Source: the human T2T-CHM13v2.0 reference genome, Homo sapiens. Taken from it: 64,000 nucleotides of DNA. Location: assembly GCF_009914755.1 (NCBI RefSeq), contig NC_060940.1, one strand, 5' to 3'. A model generated the notes under the pieces. The model ran no database searches. It was not told the origin of the DNA and was given only the letters and a program-made list of their open reading frames with translations. The stretch's first letter is position 1, and every line of letters starts with the position of its first letter. Position numbers and translations under genes: made by a program. This document shows positions 37,263-54,754 of this stretch, piece after piece.

Positions 37263-38279
37263 ATGGGGAAAAAACAGAACAGAAAAACGGGAAACTCTAA
37301 AACGCAGAGCGCCTCTCCTCCTCCAAAGGAACGCAGTTCCTCACCAGCAACGGAACAAAGCTGGGTGGAGAATGACTTTGACGAGCTGAGAGAAGAAGGC
37401 TTCAGACGATCAAATTACTCTGAGCTATGGGAGGACATTCAAACCAAAGGCAAAGAAGTTGAAAACTTTGAAAAAAATTTAGAAGAATGTATAACTAGAA
37501 TAACCAATACAGAGAAGTGCTTAAAGGAGCTGATGGAGTTGAAAACCAAGGCTCGAGAACTACGTAAAGAATGCAGAAGCCTCAGGAGCCAATGCAATCA
37601 ACTGGAAGAAAGGGTATCAGCGATGGAAGATGAAATGAATGAAATGAAGCGGGAAGGGAAGTTTAGAGAAAAAAGAATAAAAAGAAATGAGCAAAGCCTC
37701 CAAGAAATATGGGACTATGTGAAAAGACCAAATCTACGTCTGATTGGTGTACCTGAAAGTGATGGGGAGAATGGAACCAAGTTGGAAAACACTCTGCAGG
37801 ATATTATCCAGGAGAACTTCCCCAATCTAGCAAGGCAGGCCAACGTTCAAATTCAGGAAATACAGAGAACGCCACAAAGATACTCCTCGAGAAGAGCAAC
37901 TCCAAGACACATAATTGTCAGATTCACCAAAGTTGAAATGAAGGAAAAAATGTTAAGGGCAGCCAGAGAGAAAGGTCGGGTTACCCTCAAAGGGAAGCCC
38001 ATCAGACTAACAGCGGATCTCTTGGCAGAAACCCTACAAGCCAGAAGAGAGTGGGGGCCAATATTCAACATTCTTAAAGAAAAGAATTTTCAACCCAGAA
38101 TTTCATATCCAGCCAAACTAAGCTTCATAAGTGAAGGAGAAATAAAATACTTTACAGACAAGCAAATGCTGAGAGATTTTGTCACGACCAGGCCTGCCCT
38201 AAAAGAGCTCCTGAAGGAAGCGCTAAACATGGAAAGGAACAACCGATACCAGCCGCTGCAAAATCATGCCAAAATGTAA
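37263..38279 (+). CDS. ORF1: LINE-1 ORF1p, intact 338-aa RNA-binding/chaperone protein
   Basis: Full length; REKG, ARR and YPAKLS motifs retained. Confidence 0.93.
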   Translation: MGKKQNRKTGNSKTQSASPPPKERSSSPATEQSWVENDFDELREEGFRRSNYSELWEDIQTKGKEVENFEKNLEECITRITNTEKCLKELMELKTKARELRKECRSLRSQCNQLEERVSAMEDEMNEMKREGKFREKRIKRNEQSLQEIWDYVKRPNLRLIGVPESDGENGTKLENTLQDIIQENFPNLARQANVQIQEIQRTPQRYSSRRATPRHIIVRFTKVEMKEKMLRAAREKGRVTLKGKPIRLTADLLAETLQARREWGPIFNILKEKNFQPRISYPAKLSFISEGEIKYFTDKQMLRDFVTTRPALKELLKEALNMERNNRYQPLQNHAKM

Positions 38280-38327
38280 AGACCATCGAGACTAGGAAGA
38301 AACTGCATCAACTAATGAGCAAAATAA

Positions 38328-42151
<3,824 letters not shown>

Positions 42152-42600
42152 GCAATGAGATCACATGGACACAGGAAGGGGAATATCACACTCTGGGGAC
42201 TGTGGTGGGGTGGGGGGAGGGAGGAGGGATAGCATTGGGAGATATACCTAATGCTAGATGACGAGTTAGTGGGTGCAGCGCACCAGCATGGCACATGTAT
42301 ACATATGTAACTAACCTGCACAATGTGCACATGTACCCTAAAACTTAAAGTATAATAAAAATAAATAAATAAATAAATAAATAAGAAGAACTGGCAACAA
42401 CTAATTCTATAACCAGCAGAACCGTCATCAAAAATAATGAGGGAAAAATAAATTCTCAAATGCAGAAAACAAAAAAGTATTTGTTGCTAGCAGACCTACC
42501 CTTAAAAAATGGATAAAATAATTTTTTTTCAAATAATAAAAGAGCGTGTCTTGGAGCCTCAGGAAGGAAGAATCAATAATGGCAGAAGGAGACATGTGAG

Positions 42601-43025
42601 TGATATGGTTTGTATTGGTATTCCTTCCAAACTCTCAGGTCAAATTGGAGGAGAAACCTGGTGGGAGGTGGTTGGATCACGGGGTGAACTTCCCCCATGC
42701 TGTTCTCATGAAAATGAGTGGGTTCCCATGAGATCTGATGGTTTAAAAGTGTGTGGCACTCCCCCCTTCTGTCTGTCTGTCTCTCTCTCACACGCGTGCG
42801 CTTTCACTCGCACTCTTGCTCTTGCTCTCGCTCTCTCTCCTGACACCATTGTGAAGAAGGTAGTTGCTTCTCCTTCGCCTTCTGCCATGATGGTAAGTTT
42901 CCTGAGCCCTCCCAGTCATGCTTCCTATTAAGCCTGCGGAACTTTGAGTCAATTAAACCTCTTTTCTTCATAAATAATCCAGCCTCAGGTAGCTCTTTAT
43001 AGCAGTGTGAAAACAGACTAATACA
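42601..43025 (+). mobile_element. MSTA-like MaLR solo LTR
   Basis: tgatatggttt...aattaaacctcttttc...gactaataca termini; near-TSD gtgag/ctgag; internal pyrimidine simple-repeat expansion. Confidence 0.92.
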
Positions 43026-44107
43026 CTGAGTAAGAACAATAGTTTTCTAAATAATGTATGATGGTCAAAGTCAAAATTATAAAACCATTTGATATTCAAG
43101 ATAATAATATATAAAAGTGGGAATGGTAAAAGGACCTAAATAAAAACAAGGTTTCCACTCTTTATTTGAAGTAGTAAAATGTTGATCCCAATAAACTGTG
43201 ATAAGATACATATGTATATTTCAATAGATACAGTTGTTACTAAGAATATAATTCAAAGTGATATTCTTAAAAAACATTGAAGTAAATCAAAATGGAATCT
43301 TACTGAATTACACAAAGTGTTTGAATAATTCACAAGAAGGTAAGAAAAGAAAAACAGAGGAATAGGGAACAGTGGACATAAACATTTTTTTAAAAAGGTA
43401 TATTTATTGCATCTCAATAAGTAATTTCAATGCAAATGGTCTAAATACACTAATTAGAAGACAATGATTAATAGAGTTTATTTTTATACAGTGACCCAAC
43501 TATACGCTGCATGACAGATGTGGAATTGCAATGGAAAGTATTTATCAAACTTTTAACCAGGTGAAATTAAAACTTCAATGTGTATTTTTCTCCTGTTACA
43601 ACAGTTGAGACCTCTGGTCTGTTTTCAGTCTTCTGTTTTCTGAGAGTCTTGTTGGAGCCTACATATGTGTGAACAGTTCAGAGTTGGCCAAAGGTTTGTG
43701 GAAGGTTTATATGCAGACTTAAAGCCGCCACCTTCTTTAGTTACCTCCTCAGTTTCTAGACACTCTGATAACCTACATTCTTTCTTTGACGCCTCAATCT
43801 AAAATTATTGTTATTGCTATTCCTTCCTGAGTTTTTGTGGCCCCATATAATGCAAATCTGAAGAAATACCAGGGAAAATACTTTTGAAACACAGATCTTA
43901 TCCAGTGATATACCTATTATCAGAGTCACATTCTTTCCAATTTTTCTCTACTCTTGACTCCAATTCGTGAACAGTTTATAATTGTTATATGCAGGAAGAT
44001 TATTCTTATGCAAGCTATTTCACCACTATTACTGGAACTGGGACTTCACCTGGGCACTTTAGAAGTTAACAATGTTTCCTAAAGAAGGTCATAGTATTAA
44101 TCGTGCT

Positions 44108-44654
44108 TGTTTTCCCCTTGCATTTTCTGATGCTTTGACATCTTACTGTCCTTGCTGACATTGGAGGAATTGCCCTTCCCTGGAATAGCTAATTCCTAGA
44201 GATAAGAAACAACTACCCTGGGAGCACACCTTTCAAATGAACACCAAACAATCCCAAGCCCACACCCCTAACCACCTCCTCTATGGAGCTATCATTCTTT
44301 GGGCCATTATTCTCCTTTTTTAATCATCCCAAGGCCAGGTATCAGACAAATAGAGACAACCTCTATACCTCAGAGCCTGCAGATATTATTCATATTTACA
44401 AACCTAAATTGGCTGGTCCTGCCTCACTTGTTTCTTCCCATGAAAACCACAATAAAGGCTCTTGTCCATGTTTTCCTCTCATTTCCTCTGCCTCCTGACT
44501 AACTTTGGTGCTTCCCTGTGTGATCTTGTGTGGCATGTCTTGCCTCCTGTTTCTAGGGATATTTAGGTATAAAAACTTATTTTATGACAGTCATTTTCAT
44601 GTCTGCATGTCTTACCATACCTAATTGAAACAAATCTCAAGTACCCTTAAAACA
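44108..44654 (+). mobile_element. ERVL solo LTR (MER74/MER73-like)
   Basis: tg...ca termini; tctgatgctttgacatct...ccttgctgac...gctaattcctagagata; aataaa at ~44451. Confidence 0.7.
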
Positions 44655-44729
44655 ACCATTCAGTAGGGTTTGAGAATTTCCTGAAGTAGTTCTATCTTAC
44701 ATAAGTTTGAGAAACAGATGAACTAAGCC

Positions 44730-45010
44730 ATAAGAAGGAAGTAATGTCTAAGTTAAACCTTGAAGGGCGAGTAGGAGTTAGTTTCATTTAAAAGCCCAGA
44801 GAGAAATAACAACAAGTATGAAAAGAAATAGGGTGAGAAAACACAAAGATCTGCAACATTGCTGGAAGATAGTTGTCAAAATTGGGAGCCAGAGAAGAAG
44901 GCTCAGATTATGGTACATGTGGTGATGGCCTCATACATATTACTCAGGAGGTTGGGCTTTAACTGGCTTTAAATTGAGAAATGACATGATTAGGATGCAT
45001 CTAGATCTTT
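44730..45010 (-). mobile_element. L2 fragment
   Basis: aagttaaaccttgaagggcgagtaggagttag...gagaaatgacatgattag. Confidence 0.5.
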
Positions 45011-45864
45011 TGCGTTCTTGTCTTTTGTGTTTTTAGTATACAAGTTGCCACCCCACCAGAATCATCAACTAATATTGTTCTTTTTGCCATCCTAAACTTG
45101 AAGGAAAGTGGAGTTGTTGCACATGGCTATGATCACAGCATAATCAGTTTTCAAATTGTCAAATGGCACCGCACGAAACATCTTGTTGGATTTTTTTAAA
45201 GACTGCATGAAGAGAATTAAAAATGAGCTAAAGAAAATTGACTGAAATCAACTGTAGTTTAGGAAATTCACTATGTTGAAATATGTGCTTTTAAATAACA
45301 TGTAGGGGGTAAACAATCTATAATCAGTCAAGTAGAATCTGGTTGTCAATATGTAAAAGCAAAGCCAGGATAATCATGGTAAAGACATGTCTGATGGTTA
45401 ATTTGGAAAGGACAAATGCCTATGACATTGACATTATTGCAGAGAAAACAGAAAAATATTTGGAAGACGAAAGGAAAAAATGAACATTTTGTATTTGTAG
45501 TGCAAAGCACGTTGACTGTGGCAGAAACTGGTTTTTGTTTTGTTTTGTTTTGTGGGGAGCATGTCACGAAAATATATGCAAAGATTAAACTGCAACAGGT
45601 TGGGTCAGTGCAATGCTACATAAACAGTATGAGAGTTTTTGAATTAAACTGGCTCATGCAACAAAATTATGTAATATCATAGAAACAAAATCTGAGTGTA
45701 TAAGCTCATAGTACTGCAAGGATCCCTGAAACCCATTAATACAAAATCCTGTGTTATTATTCCTCCTCATTGTTCTTTTTACTTATAAAAGCTAATTTCT
45801 TTAATTCTTGCCTTTGAGTCTGTTTATTTTCTTAGAATTTGCTATGGGTAATATTAATCTACTA

Positions 45865-46000
45865 ATGAAATCAAAGTTTCCTCCAGGGCAGTAACATTTT
45901 CTGTTTTAGATATCAGCATATGCTCAGTGCTTAGTGTAGATTAGGTTTTTCTATATACATATGATATTTGTACAGATGGATGAATGAGCAAATGAAGGAA
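45865..46000 (+). mobile_element. L2 3' end
   Basis: aagtttcctccagggcag...ctcagtgcttag...atatttgtacagatggatgaatga. Confidence 0.5.
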
Positions 46001-46134
46001 TTTTTACTGAACATTTAAATAAAGAAATCATAATAAACTATTACTTATTTACCATTTACTATGCTTGGGACTTTTTGATTATTGATTATTGTTACATACA
46101 TTATAATATATAATATTAAATTCACAAACATCTT

Positions 46135-46425
46135 TTATTTTTTTTTGAGACGGAGTATCGCTATGTCGCCCAGACTGGAGTGCAGTGGTGTATTCTCGGC
46201 TCACTTAACCTCCACCTCCGGGTTCAAGCGATTCTCCTGCCTCAGCCTCTTGAGTACCTGGTATTACAGGTGCAGGCCAACATGCCCAGCTATTTTTTTC
46301 GTATTTTTAGTAGAGATAGGGTTTCACTGTGTTAGCCAGGATGGTCTCGATCTCCTGACCTCGTGATCCACCCACCTCAGCCTCCCAAAGTGCTGGGATT
46401 ACAGGCATGAGCCACCACGCCCAGC
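46135..46425 (-). mobile_element. AluSc-like, probably inserted in a MIR
   Basis: Perfect 20-bp TSD attaaattcacaaacatctt at 46115-46134 and 46426-46445. Confidence 0.97.
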
Positions 46426-46639
46426 ATTAAATTCACAAACATCTTAAGACCAATGTTATTCGCATCAATTTTAAATAGAAAATGGATGTCCTGAGTGGGG
46501 TAAGCTACTGCCCAAATTGACAGACAACAGCAGATTTGGAATTTAAGCTCATCTAGTCATCTTCCCTAACCAAAATTACCAGTGACAGGTACAATCAGTG
46601 GGGAAAGAGACAATTTAAAATGTGGACAGAAAAGATGTA

Positions 46640-46810
46640 AATTAACTGTGTGCACTTAGATACACTATTTTACCTCTCTCAATTCAATATCCTCAATATT
46701 CAAATGAAGAGAGTCATGATAATTGCCTTAGGGAATTATAAAACTAAATGAGTAGTTCTTGTGAAATTCCTAACACAATGGGTACTAACAAGTAATAATG
46801 ATAACAATAA
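46640..46810 (+). mobile_element. MIR fragment
   Basis: ctgtgtgcacttag...acctctctc...gataattgcc...aaactaaatgag. Confidence 0.5.
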
Positions 46811-47108
46811 TCAAATTAATATGTTGTGACTTAGGAATTCACAATTTTTATTCATGCATCTGATTTTCAATAAAAAAGATGAAATTAATATTTATATATA
46901 TATATTATACTTAAAGTTCTGGGATATATGTACAGAATGTGCAGGTTTGTTACATAGGTATACATGTTCCATGGTGTTTTGCTGCACCCATCAACCCGTC
47001 ATCTACATTAGGTATTTCTCCTAATGTTATCCCTTCCTTAGCCCCAACCCCATGACAGTGTGTGATGTGTGTGATGTTCCCCTCCCTGTGCCCATATGTT
47101 CTCATTGT

Positions 47109-50100
47109 TCAACTCCCACTTGTGAGTGAGAACATGTGGTGTTTGGTTCTCTGTTCCTGTGTTAGTTTGCTGAGAATGATGGTTTCCAGCTTCATCTATG
47201 TCCCTGCAAAGAACATGAACTCATTCTTTTTTATGGCTGCATAGTATTCCATGGTGTACATGTGCCACATTTCCTTTATTCAGTCTAACATTGATTGGCA
47301 TTTGAGTTGGCCCTTAGCCTTTGCTATTGTGAATAGTGTGCAATAAACATACATGTGTATGTGTCTTTATAGTAGAATGATTTATAATCCTTAAGGTATA
47401 TATCCAGTAATGGGATTGCTGGGTCAAATGGTATTACTAGTTCTAGATCCTTGAGGAATTGCCACACTGTCTTCCACAATGATTGAACTAATTTATACTC
47501 CCAGCAACAGTGTAAAAGCTTTCCTATTTCTCCACATCCTCTCCAGCATCCATTGTTTGCTGGCTTTTTAATAATTGCCATTCTAACGGGCATGAGATGA
47601 TATTTCACTGTGGTTTTGATTTGCATTTCTCTAATGACCAGTGATGATGAGCTTTTTTTCATGTTTGTTGGCTGCATAAATGTCTTCTTTTGAAAAGTGT
47701 CTGCTCATACCCTTCACCCATTTTTTGATGGGGTTGTTTTTTTTCTTGTAAATTACCTTAATTACCTTGTAGATTCTGGATATTAGACCTTTGTCAGATG
47801 GATAGATTACAAAAATGCTCTCCCGTTCTGTAGGTTGCCTGTACACTCTGATGATAGTTTCTTTTGCTGTGCAGAAGCTCTTTAGTTTAATTAGATCCCA
47901 TTTGTCAATTTTGGCTTTTGTTGCCATTGCTTTTGGTGTTTTAGTCATGAAGTCTTTGTCCATGACTATGTCCTGAATGGTATTACCTAGGTTTTCTTCT
48001 AGGGTTTTTATGGTTTTAGGTTTTACATTTAAATCTTTAATCCATCTTGAGTTAATTTCTGTATAAGATGTAAGGAAAGCATCCGGTTTCAGTTTTCTGC
48101 ATATGGCTAGCCAGTTTTCCCAGCACCATTTATTGAATAGGGAATCCTTTCCCCATTGCTTGTTTTTCTCAGGTTTGTCAAAGATCAGATGGTTGTAGAT
48201 GTGTGGTGTTATTTCTGAGGCCTCTGTTCTTTTCCATTGGTCTATATATCTGTTTTGGTACAATACCATGCTGTTTTGGTTACTGTAGCCTTGTAGTATA
48301 GTTTGAAGTCAGGTAGTGTGATGCCTCAAGCTTTGTTCTTTTTGCTTAGGATTTTCTTGGCTATATGGGCTCCTTTTTGGTTCCATATGAAATTTAAAGT
48401 AGTTTTTTCTAATTCTGTGAAGAATGTCAATGGTAGCTTGATGGGAATAGCATTGAATCCATAAATTACTTTGGGTAATATGGCCATTTTCACGATATTG
48501 ATTCTTCCTATTCATGAGCATGGAATTGTTTTCCATTTGTTTGTATCCTCTTTTATTTCCTTGAGCAGTGGTTTGTAGGTCTCCTTGAAGAGGTCCTTCA
48601 TGTCCCTTGTAAGTTGGATTCCTAGGTATTTTATTCTCTTTGTAGCAATTGTGAATGGGAGTTTGCTCATGATTTGACTCTCTGTGTGTCTATTATTGGT
48701 GTACAGGAATGCTTGTGATTTTTGCACATTGATTTTTTATTCTGAGACTTTGCTAAAGTTGCTTATCAGCTTCAGGAGTTTTGGGGCTGAGACAATGGGG
48801 TTTTCTATATATACAATCATGTCACCTGCAAAGAGAGATAATATGACTTCCTCTCTTCCTGTTTGAATGTGCTTTCTTTCTTTCTCTTGCCTGATTGCCC
48901 TGGTCAGAAATTTCAATACTATGTTGAATAGGAGTGGTAAGAGAGGGCATTCCTTGTCTTGTGCTGGTTTTCAAAGGGAATGCTTCCAGCTTTTGCCCAT
49001 TCAGTATGATATTGGCTGTGGGTTTGTCATAAATAGTTTTTATTATTTTGAGATATGGTCAGTTAATACCTAGTTTATTGAGTGTTTTTAGCATGAAGCG
49101 ATGTTCAGTTTTATTGAAGGCCTTTTCTGCATCTATTGAGATAATCATGTGGTTTTTGTCGTTGGTTCTGTTTATGGGATGGATTACGTTTATTGATTTG
49201 CATTTTTTTGAACTAGCCTTGCATCCCAGGGATGAAGCCAATTTGATTGTGGTGGATAAGCTTTTTAATGTGCTGCTCAATTCACTTTGCCAGTATTTTA
49301 TTGAGGATTTTAGAAGTTCATCAGGGATATTGGCCTGAAATTTTCTTTTTTTGTTGTGTCTCTGCCAGGTTTTGATATCAAGATGATGCTGGCCTCATAA
49401 AATGCGTTAGGGAGGAGTCCCTCTTTTTCTATTGTTTGGTATAGTTTCAGAAGGAATGGTGCCTGCTCTTGTTTGTATGTCTGGTAAAATTCGCCTGTGA
49501 ATCCATCTGGTCTTGGACTTTTTTTGGTTGGTAGGCTATTAATTACTGCCTCAATATCAGAACTTGTTATTGGCCTATTAAGGGATTCGACTTCTTCCTG
49601 ATTAGTCTTGGGAGTGTGTATGTGTCCAGGAATTTATCCATTTCTTCTAGATTTTCTAGTTTATTTGGGTAGAGGTGTTTACAGTATTCTCTGATGGTAG
49701 TTTGTATTTGGGATCAGTGGTGATCTTCTCTTTATCATTTTTTATTGTGTCCATTTGATTCTTCTCTCTTTTTTTCTTTATTAATCTGTCTAGCAGTCTA
49801 TCTATTTTGTTAATCTTTTCAAAAAGCCAGTTCCTGGATTCATTGATTTTTGAAGGTTTTTTTGTGTCTCTATCTCCTTTTGTTCTGCTCTGATCTTAGT
49901 TATTTCTTGTCTTCTGCTAGCTTTTGGATTTGTTTGCTCTTGGTTCTCTATTTGTTTTAATTGTGATGTTAGGGTGCCAATTTTAGATCTTTCCTGCTTT
50001 GTCTGTGGGCAGTTAGTGCTATATATTTCCCTCTAAACACTGCTTTAGCTGTGTCCCAAAGATTTTGGTATGTTGTCTCTTTTTTCTCATTGGTTTCAAA

Positions 50101-50899
50101 GAACTTATTTATTTCTGCGTTAATTTTGTTATTTACCCAGTAGTCATTCAGGAGGAGGTTGTTCAGGTTCCATGTAGTTGTGCGGTTTTGAGTGAGTTTC
50201 TTAATCTTGCATTCTAATTTGATTGCACTGTGGTCTGAAAGACTGTTATGATTTTCTTTCTTTTGCATTTGCTGAGAAGTGTTTTATTTCCAATTATGTA
50301 GCCAATTTTAGAATGAGTGCTATGCAGTGCAAAGAAGAATGTATATTCTGTCGATTTAGGGTGGAGAGTTCTGTTAGGTCTGCTTGGTCCAGAGCTGAGT
50401 TCAAGTTCTTGTTAAGATCCTTGTTAATTTTCTGTCTCATTGATCTGTCTAATATTGACAGTGGGGTGTTAAAGTCTCCCACTATTATTGTGTGAGAGTC
50501 AAAGTCTCTTTGTAGGTCTCTAAGAACTTGCTTTATGAATCTGGGTGCTCCATTATTGGGTGCATATATATTTAGGTTAGCTCTTCTTGTTACATTGATC
50601 CCTTTACCATTATCTAATGCCCTTCTTTGATTTTCATGATCTTTGTTGGTAAAGTCTATTTTATCAGAGACTAGGATTGCAATCCCTGCTTTTTTTTTCT
50701 TTTATTTGCTTGATAAACCTTCCTCCATCTCTTCATTTTGAGCCTACATGTGTTTTTGCATGTGAGGTGGGTCTCCTGAATACAGCACACTGATGGATCT
50801 TGACTCTATCTAATTTGCTAGTCTGTATCTTTTAATTGGGGCATTTTGCCCATTTACATTTGAGGTTAATATTGTTATGTGTGAATTTGATCCTGTGAT
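47109..50899 (-). pseudogene. ORF2: L1PA7-like ORF2 remnant
   Basis: Fragmented homologous peptides in ORF track (47324-47677, 47631-48269, 48512-48727, 49059-49280, 49969-50268, 50294-50482). Confidence 0.9.
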
Positions 50900-50962
50900 T
50901 ACGATGCTAGCTGGTTATTTTGCCCATTAGTTGATGCAGTTTCTTCATAGTGTCGATGGTCT

Positions 50963-51986
50963 TTACATTTTTGTATGTTTTTGCAGTGATGGGTACAGTC
51001 TTTTCCTTTCCATATTTAGTGCTTCCTTCAGGAGCTCTTGTAAGGCAGGCCTGGTGGTGACAAAATCCCTCAGCATTTGCTTGTCTGTAAAGGATTTTAT
51101 TTCTCCTTCACTTATGAAGCTTAGTTTGGCTGGATATGAAATTCTGGGTTGAAAACTCTTTTCTTTAAGAATGTTGAATATTGGCCCCCACTCTTTTCTG
51201 GCTTGTAGGGTTTCTGCCAAGAGATCCGCTGTTAGTCTGATGGGCTTCCCTTTGAGGGTAACCTGACCTTTCTCTATGGCTGCCCTTAACATTTTTTCCT
51301 TCATTTCAACCTTGGTGCATCTGATGACTGTGTGTCTTGGGGTTGCTCTTCTCGAGGAGTATCTTTGTAGTGTTGTCTGTATTTCCTGAATTTGAATGTT
51401 GACCTGTCTTGCTAGATTGGGGTAGTTCTCCTGGATAATATTCTGAAGTGTGTTTTCCAACTTGGTTCCATTCTCCCTGTCCCCTTCAGGAACACCAGTC
51501 AGACATAAGTTTGGTCTCTTCACATAGTCTCATATCTTTTGGAGGCTTTATTCATTCCTTTTCATTCTTTTCCCTCTTTTCTTGTCTTCATGCTTTATTT
51601 TATTAAGTTGATCTTCAATCTCTGACATGCTTTTTTCCACTTAATAGAGCTGGCAATTGATATTTGTGTATGTTTCACAAAGTTCTCATGCTCTGTTTTT
51701 CAGCTCCATCAGGTCATTTATGTTCTCTCCAAACTGGTTATTCTAGTTAGCATTTCCTATAACCTTTTATCAAGGTTCTTAGCTTCCTTGCATTAGATTA
51801 GAACATGCTCCTTTAGCTTGGAGGAGTTTATGATTACCCACTCTCTGAAGCCTACTTCTGTCAACTCGTCAAACTCATTCTCTGTCCGGTTTTTCCCCTT
51901 GCTGGTGATGAGTTGTGACCCTTTGGAGGAGAAGAGGCCTTCTGGTTTTTGGTATTTTCTGCCTTTTTATGCTGGTTTTTCCTCAC
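50963..51986 (-). pseudogene. ORF1: L1PA7-like ORF1 remnant
   Basis: C-terminal 186 codons open (50963-51523: KRPNL...YPAKLSF...LQKHTKM); N-terminal half disrupted. Confidence 0.9.
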
Positions 51987-54312
51987 TTTCATGGATTTAT
52001 CTACCTTTGGTCTTTGCTGTTGATGAGTTTTTCCTTCAGATGGAGTTTTTGCATGGTCATCCTTTTTCTTGATGTTGATGCTATTGCTTTCTGTTTGTTA
52101 GTTTTCCTTAGAACAGTCAGGCACTTCTGCAGGTCTCCTGAAGTTTGCTGGGGGTCCATTCCAGACCCTGTTTGCCTGGGTATCACCAGCAGAGGCTGCA
52201 GAACAGCAAAAATTGCTGCCTGTTCCTCCCTCTGGAAGCTTCATCCCAGACGGGCACAAAAGGCAAGGCAGAACTCTCCTGTATGAGGTGTCTGTTGACC
52301 CCTACTGGGAGGTGTCTCCCAGTCAGGAGGCACAGGGGTCAGGGACCTACTTGAGGAGGCAGTCAGTCCCTTAGCAGAGCTCGAGTGAGCGCTGTTCTGG
52401 GAGATCTGCTGCTTTCTTCAGAGCTGGCAGGCCAGAACATTTAAGTCTACTGAAGCTGTGCCCACAGCAACCCCTCCCCAGGTGCTCTGTCCCAGGGAGA
52501 TGGGAGTTTTATCTATAATCCCCTGACTGGGGCTGCTGCCTTTCTTTCAGAGATGACCTGCCCAGAGAGGGGGAATCTAGAGAGACAGTCTGGCTACAGT
52601 GGCTTTGGCAAGCTGTTTGGGCCCTGCCCAGTTCAAACTTCCCAACCTCTGTTTACACTGTGAGGGGGAAAACCGCCTACTCAAGCCTCAGTAATGGTGG
52701 ACTCCCCTCCCCCCACCAAGCTCAAGTGTCTCAGGTCAACTTCAGACTGCTGTGCTGGCAGTGAGAATTTCAAGCCAGTGGATCTTAGCTTGCTGGGCTC
52801 CATGTGGGTGGGATCCACTAAGCAAGACCACTTGGCTCCCTGGTTTCAGCCCCCTTTCCAGGGGAGTAAATGGTTCTATCTTGCTAGTGTTCCAAGTGCC
52901 ACTGGGGTATGAAAAAACTCCTGCAGCTAGCTCAGAATCTGCCCAAAAGGCCACCCAGTTTTGTGCTTGAAACCCAGGGCCCTTGTGGTGTAGGCACTCA
53001 AGGGAATCTCCTGGTCTGTGGGTTGAAAAGACCATGGGAAAAGTGTAGTATATGGGATGGAGTGCACCATTCCTCACAGCACGGTCCCTCATGCCTTCCC
53101 TTGGCTAGGGGAGGGAATTCCTTGACCCTTTGTGCTTCCTGGGTGAGGTGACACCCCACCCTGCTTCAGCTCGCCCTCAATGGGCTACACCCACTGTCTA
53201 ACCAGTCCCAGTGAGATGAACTGGATACTTCAGTTAAAAATGCAGAAATCACCCACCTTCTGCATTGGTCTCGCTGGGAGCTGTAGACTGGAGCTGTTCC
53301 TATGCAGCCATCTTGCCCAGGAATCAAAGTTAATATTAATATTTCTTCTTCACATAACCATAGTCCTCAGTTGTCACCTGACAAAGGAGTAAAATTCAAA
53401 ACTGTAGCTGATTAGCATGTTGGCTATGCAGGCAAGAATGGCCAAAAGAAAAATAATTCACAGAAAATCCCAACTGTAATGTTCAGTGAGGTTTGAGGAC
53501 TTTCTACTTTATTGCCAAAGCTGTCAAGGATCACTTGGGTCACCCTTCTACTGATCCCTTGGTCCTTATACGTACATATTTATTTCTCAAGACTAATACT
53601 GCCCACCCAAGGAGACTTAACTGCTGTATCAAAATATTTTTTATTTAGATACCATCTGTATTTGAGAAAATCATGAGTAGAAAATTAGCCTTTCAATAGT
53701 CCTCAAAGTATCTTAGCTGCTTACAAAAAATATTGTACAAACATATCCTTAAACTAAGTGTTACATCTCAGGGTTTCATCTTTTCCCATGTATAGGCTGG
53801 CAAAAATACAACAGCTCCTCAGAAGAGTTTTAGAAATCTGATAAATTCAAAAGCAGATGGAAGGACAGAAGTCATTCCTGTGACTAAATTTCTTTAGGCA
53901 CACAGATGGGATTAAATACTAAATAAATGTTAACCAACAAGTTTTTAAAATTGATGCATATAGCTAAGAAAAAATAAAAGCTAGTCATCCAAAAGTAATT
54001 ACTCTCCTTGTTATTTTCAATTATGTGCCAATAAAATGTTAAGCATATGATATGGACTCTTATGGTTATTAATTTGTCGGGTGAGGATGATGGCCTTGAT
54101 TAATGAGAATGATGACAAACATGGAAAAATAAATATGTGGATGGAATTTCCACTTACATCTAGAATAATTTATTAACTTTAAGATAGTTTGTTAGCAATT
54201 AGATAATTTATTAACTTTAAGATAGATTCTCATAGAATCTTTCTATGGGAAAGATTCTATGTGGGTCAGTGGAAGATGAAGTGGGAAGAAAAGGTAAAGA
54301 ATGGTGTTATTG

Positions 54313-54630
54313 GGCTGGGTGTGGTGGCTCACACCTGTAATTCCAGTGCTTTGGGAGGCCGAGGCAAGTGGATCACTTGATGTCAGGAGTTTGAGACCAG
54401 CCTTGCCAACATGGAGAAACCCTGTCTCTACTAAAAATAATAATAATAATAATAATATTACAAAAATTAGCCAGGCATGGTGGTGTGTGACTGTAATCCC
54501 AGCTACTCAGGAGACTGAGGCAGGAGAATTACTTGAACCTCAGAGGTGAAGGTTGTAGTGAGCCCAGATTGCACCACTGCACTCCAGCTTAGGCAACAGA
54601 GTGAGACTCTATCTCAAAATAAAAAAGAAA
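54313..54630 (+). mobile_element. AluS with (AAT)n-expanded middle linker
   Basis: TSD aatggtgttatt at 54300-54311 and 54632-54643. Confidence 0.97.
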
Positions 54631-54754
54631 CAATGGTGTTATTTTTTTCAAAGGACACACAATGGTAGAGAAACAGACAAAAAATAATGCTTTTATTCAG
54701 AGGGACAATATTTCTCTACTAAATTGAACCTATATATAGCATGAGCCCTCAATA

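Larger units (their letters stand above)
46890..53325 (-). mobile_element. Full-length degenerate L1PA7-like LINE-1
   Basis: 3' end gtgcaggtttgttacataggtatacatg...cccatcaacccgtcatc; 5' end reads gattcctgggcaagatggctgcataggaacagctcc on the minus strand; ~1.3-kb 5'UTR; possible TSD aa(a/g)ttaatatt. Confidence 0.93.

Noticed and set aside
42509-42931. 140-aa ORF
   Set aside because: Runs from old L1 into the MSTA LTR and its simple-repeat expansion; LTRs are non-coding
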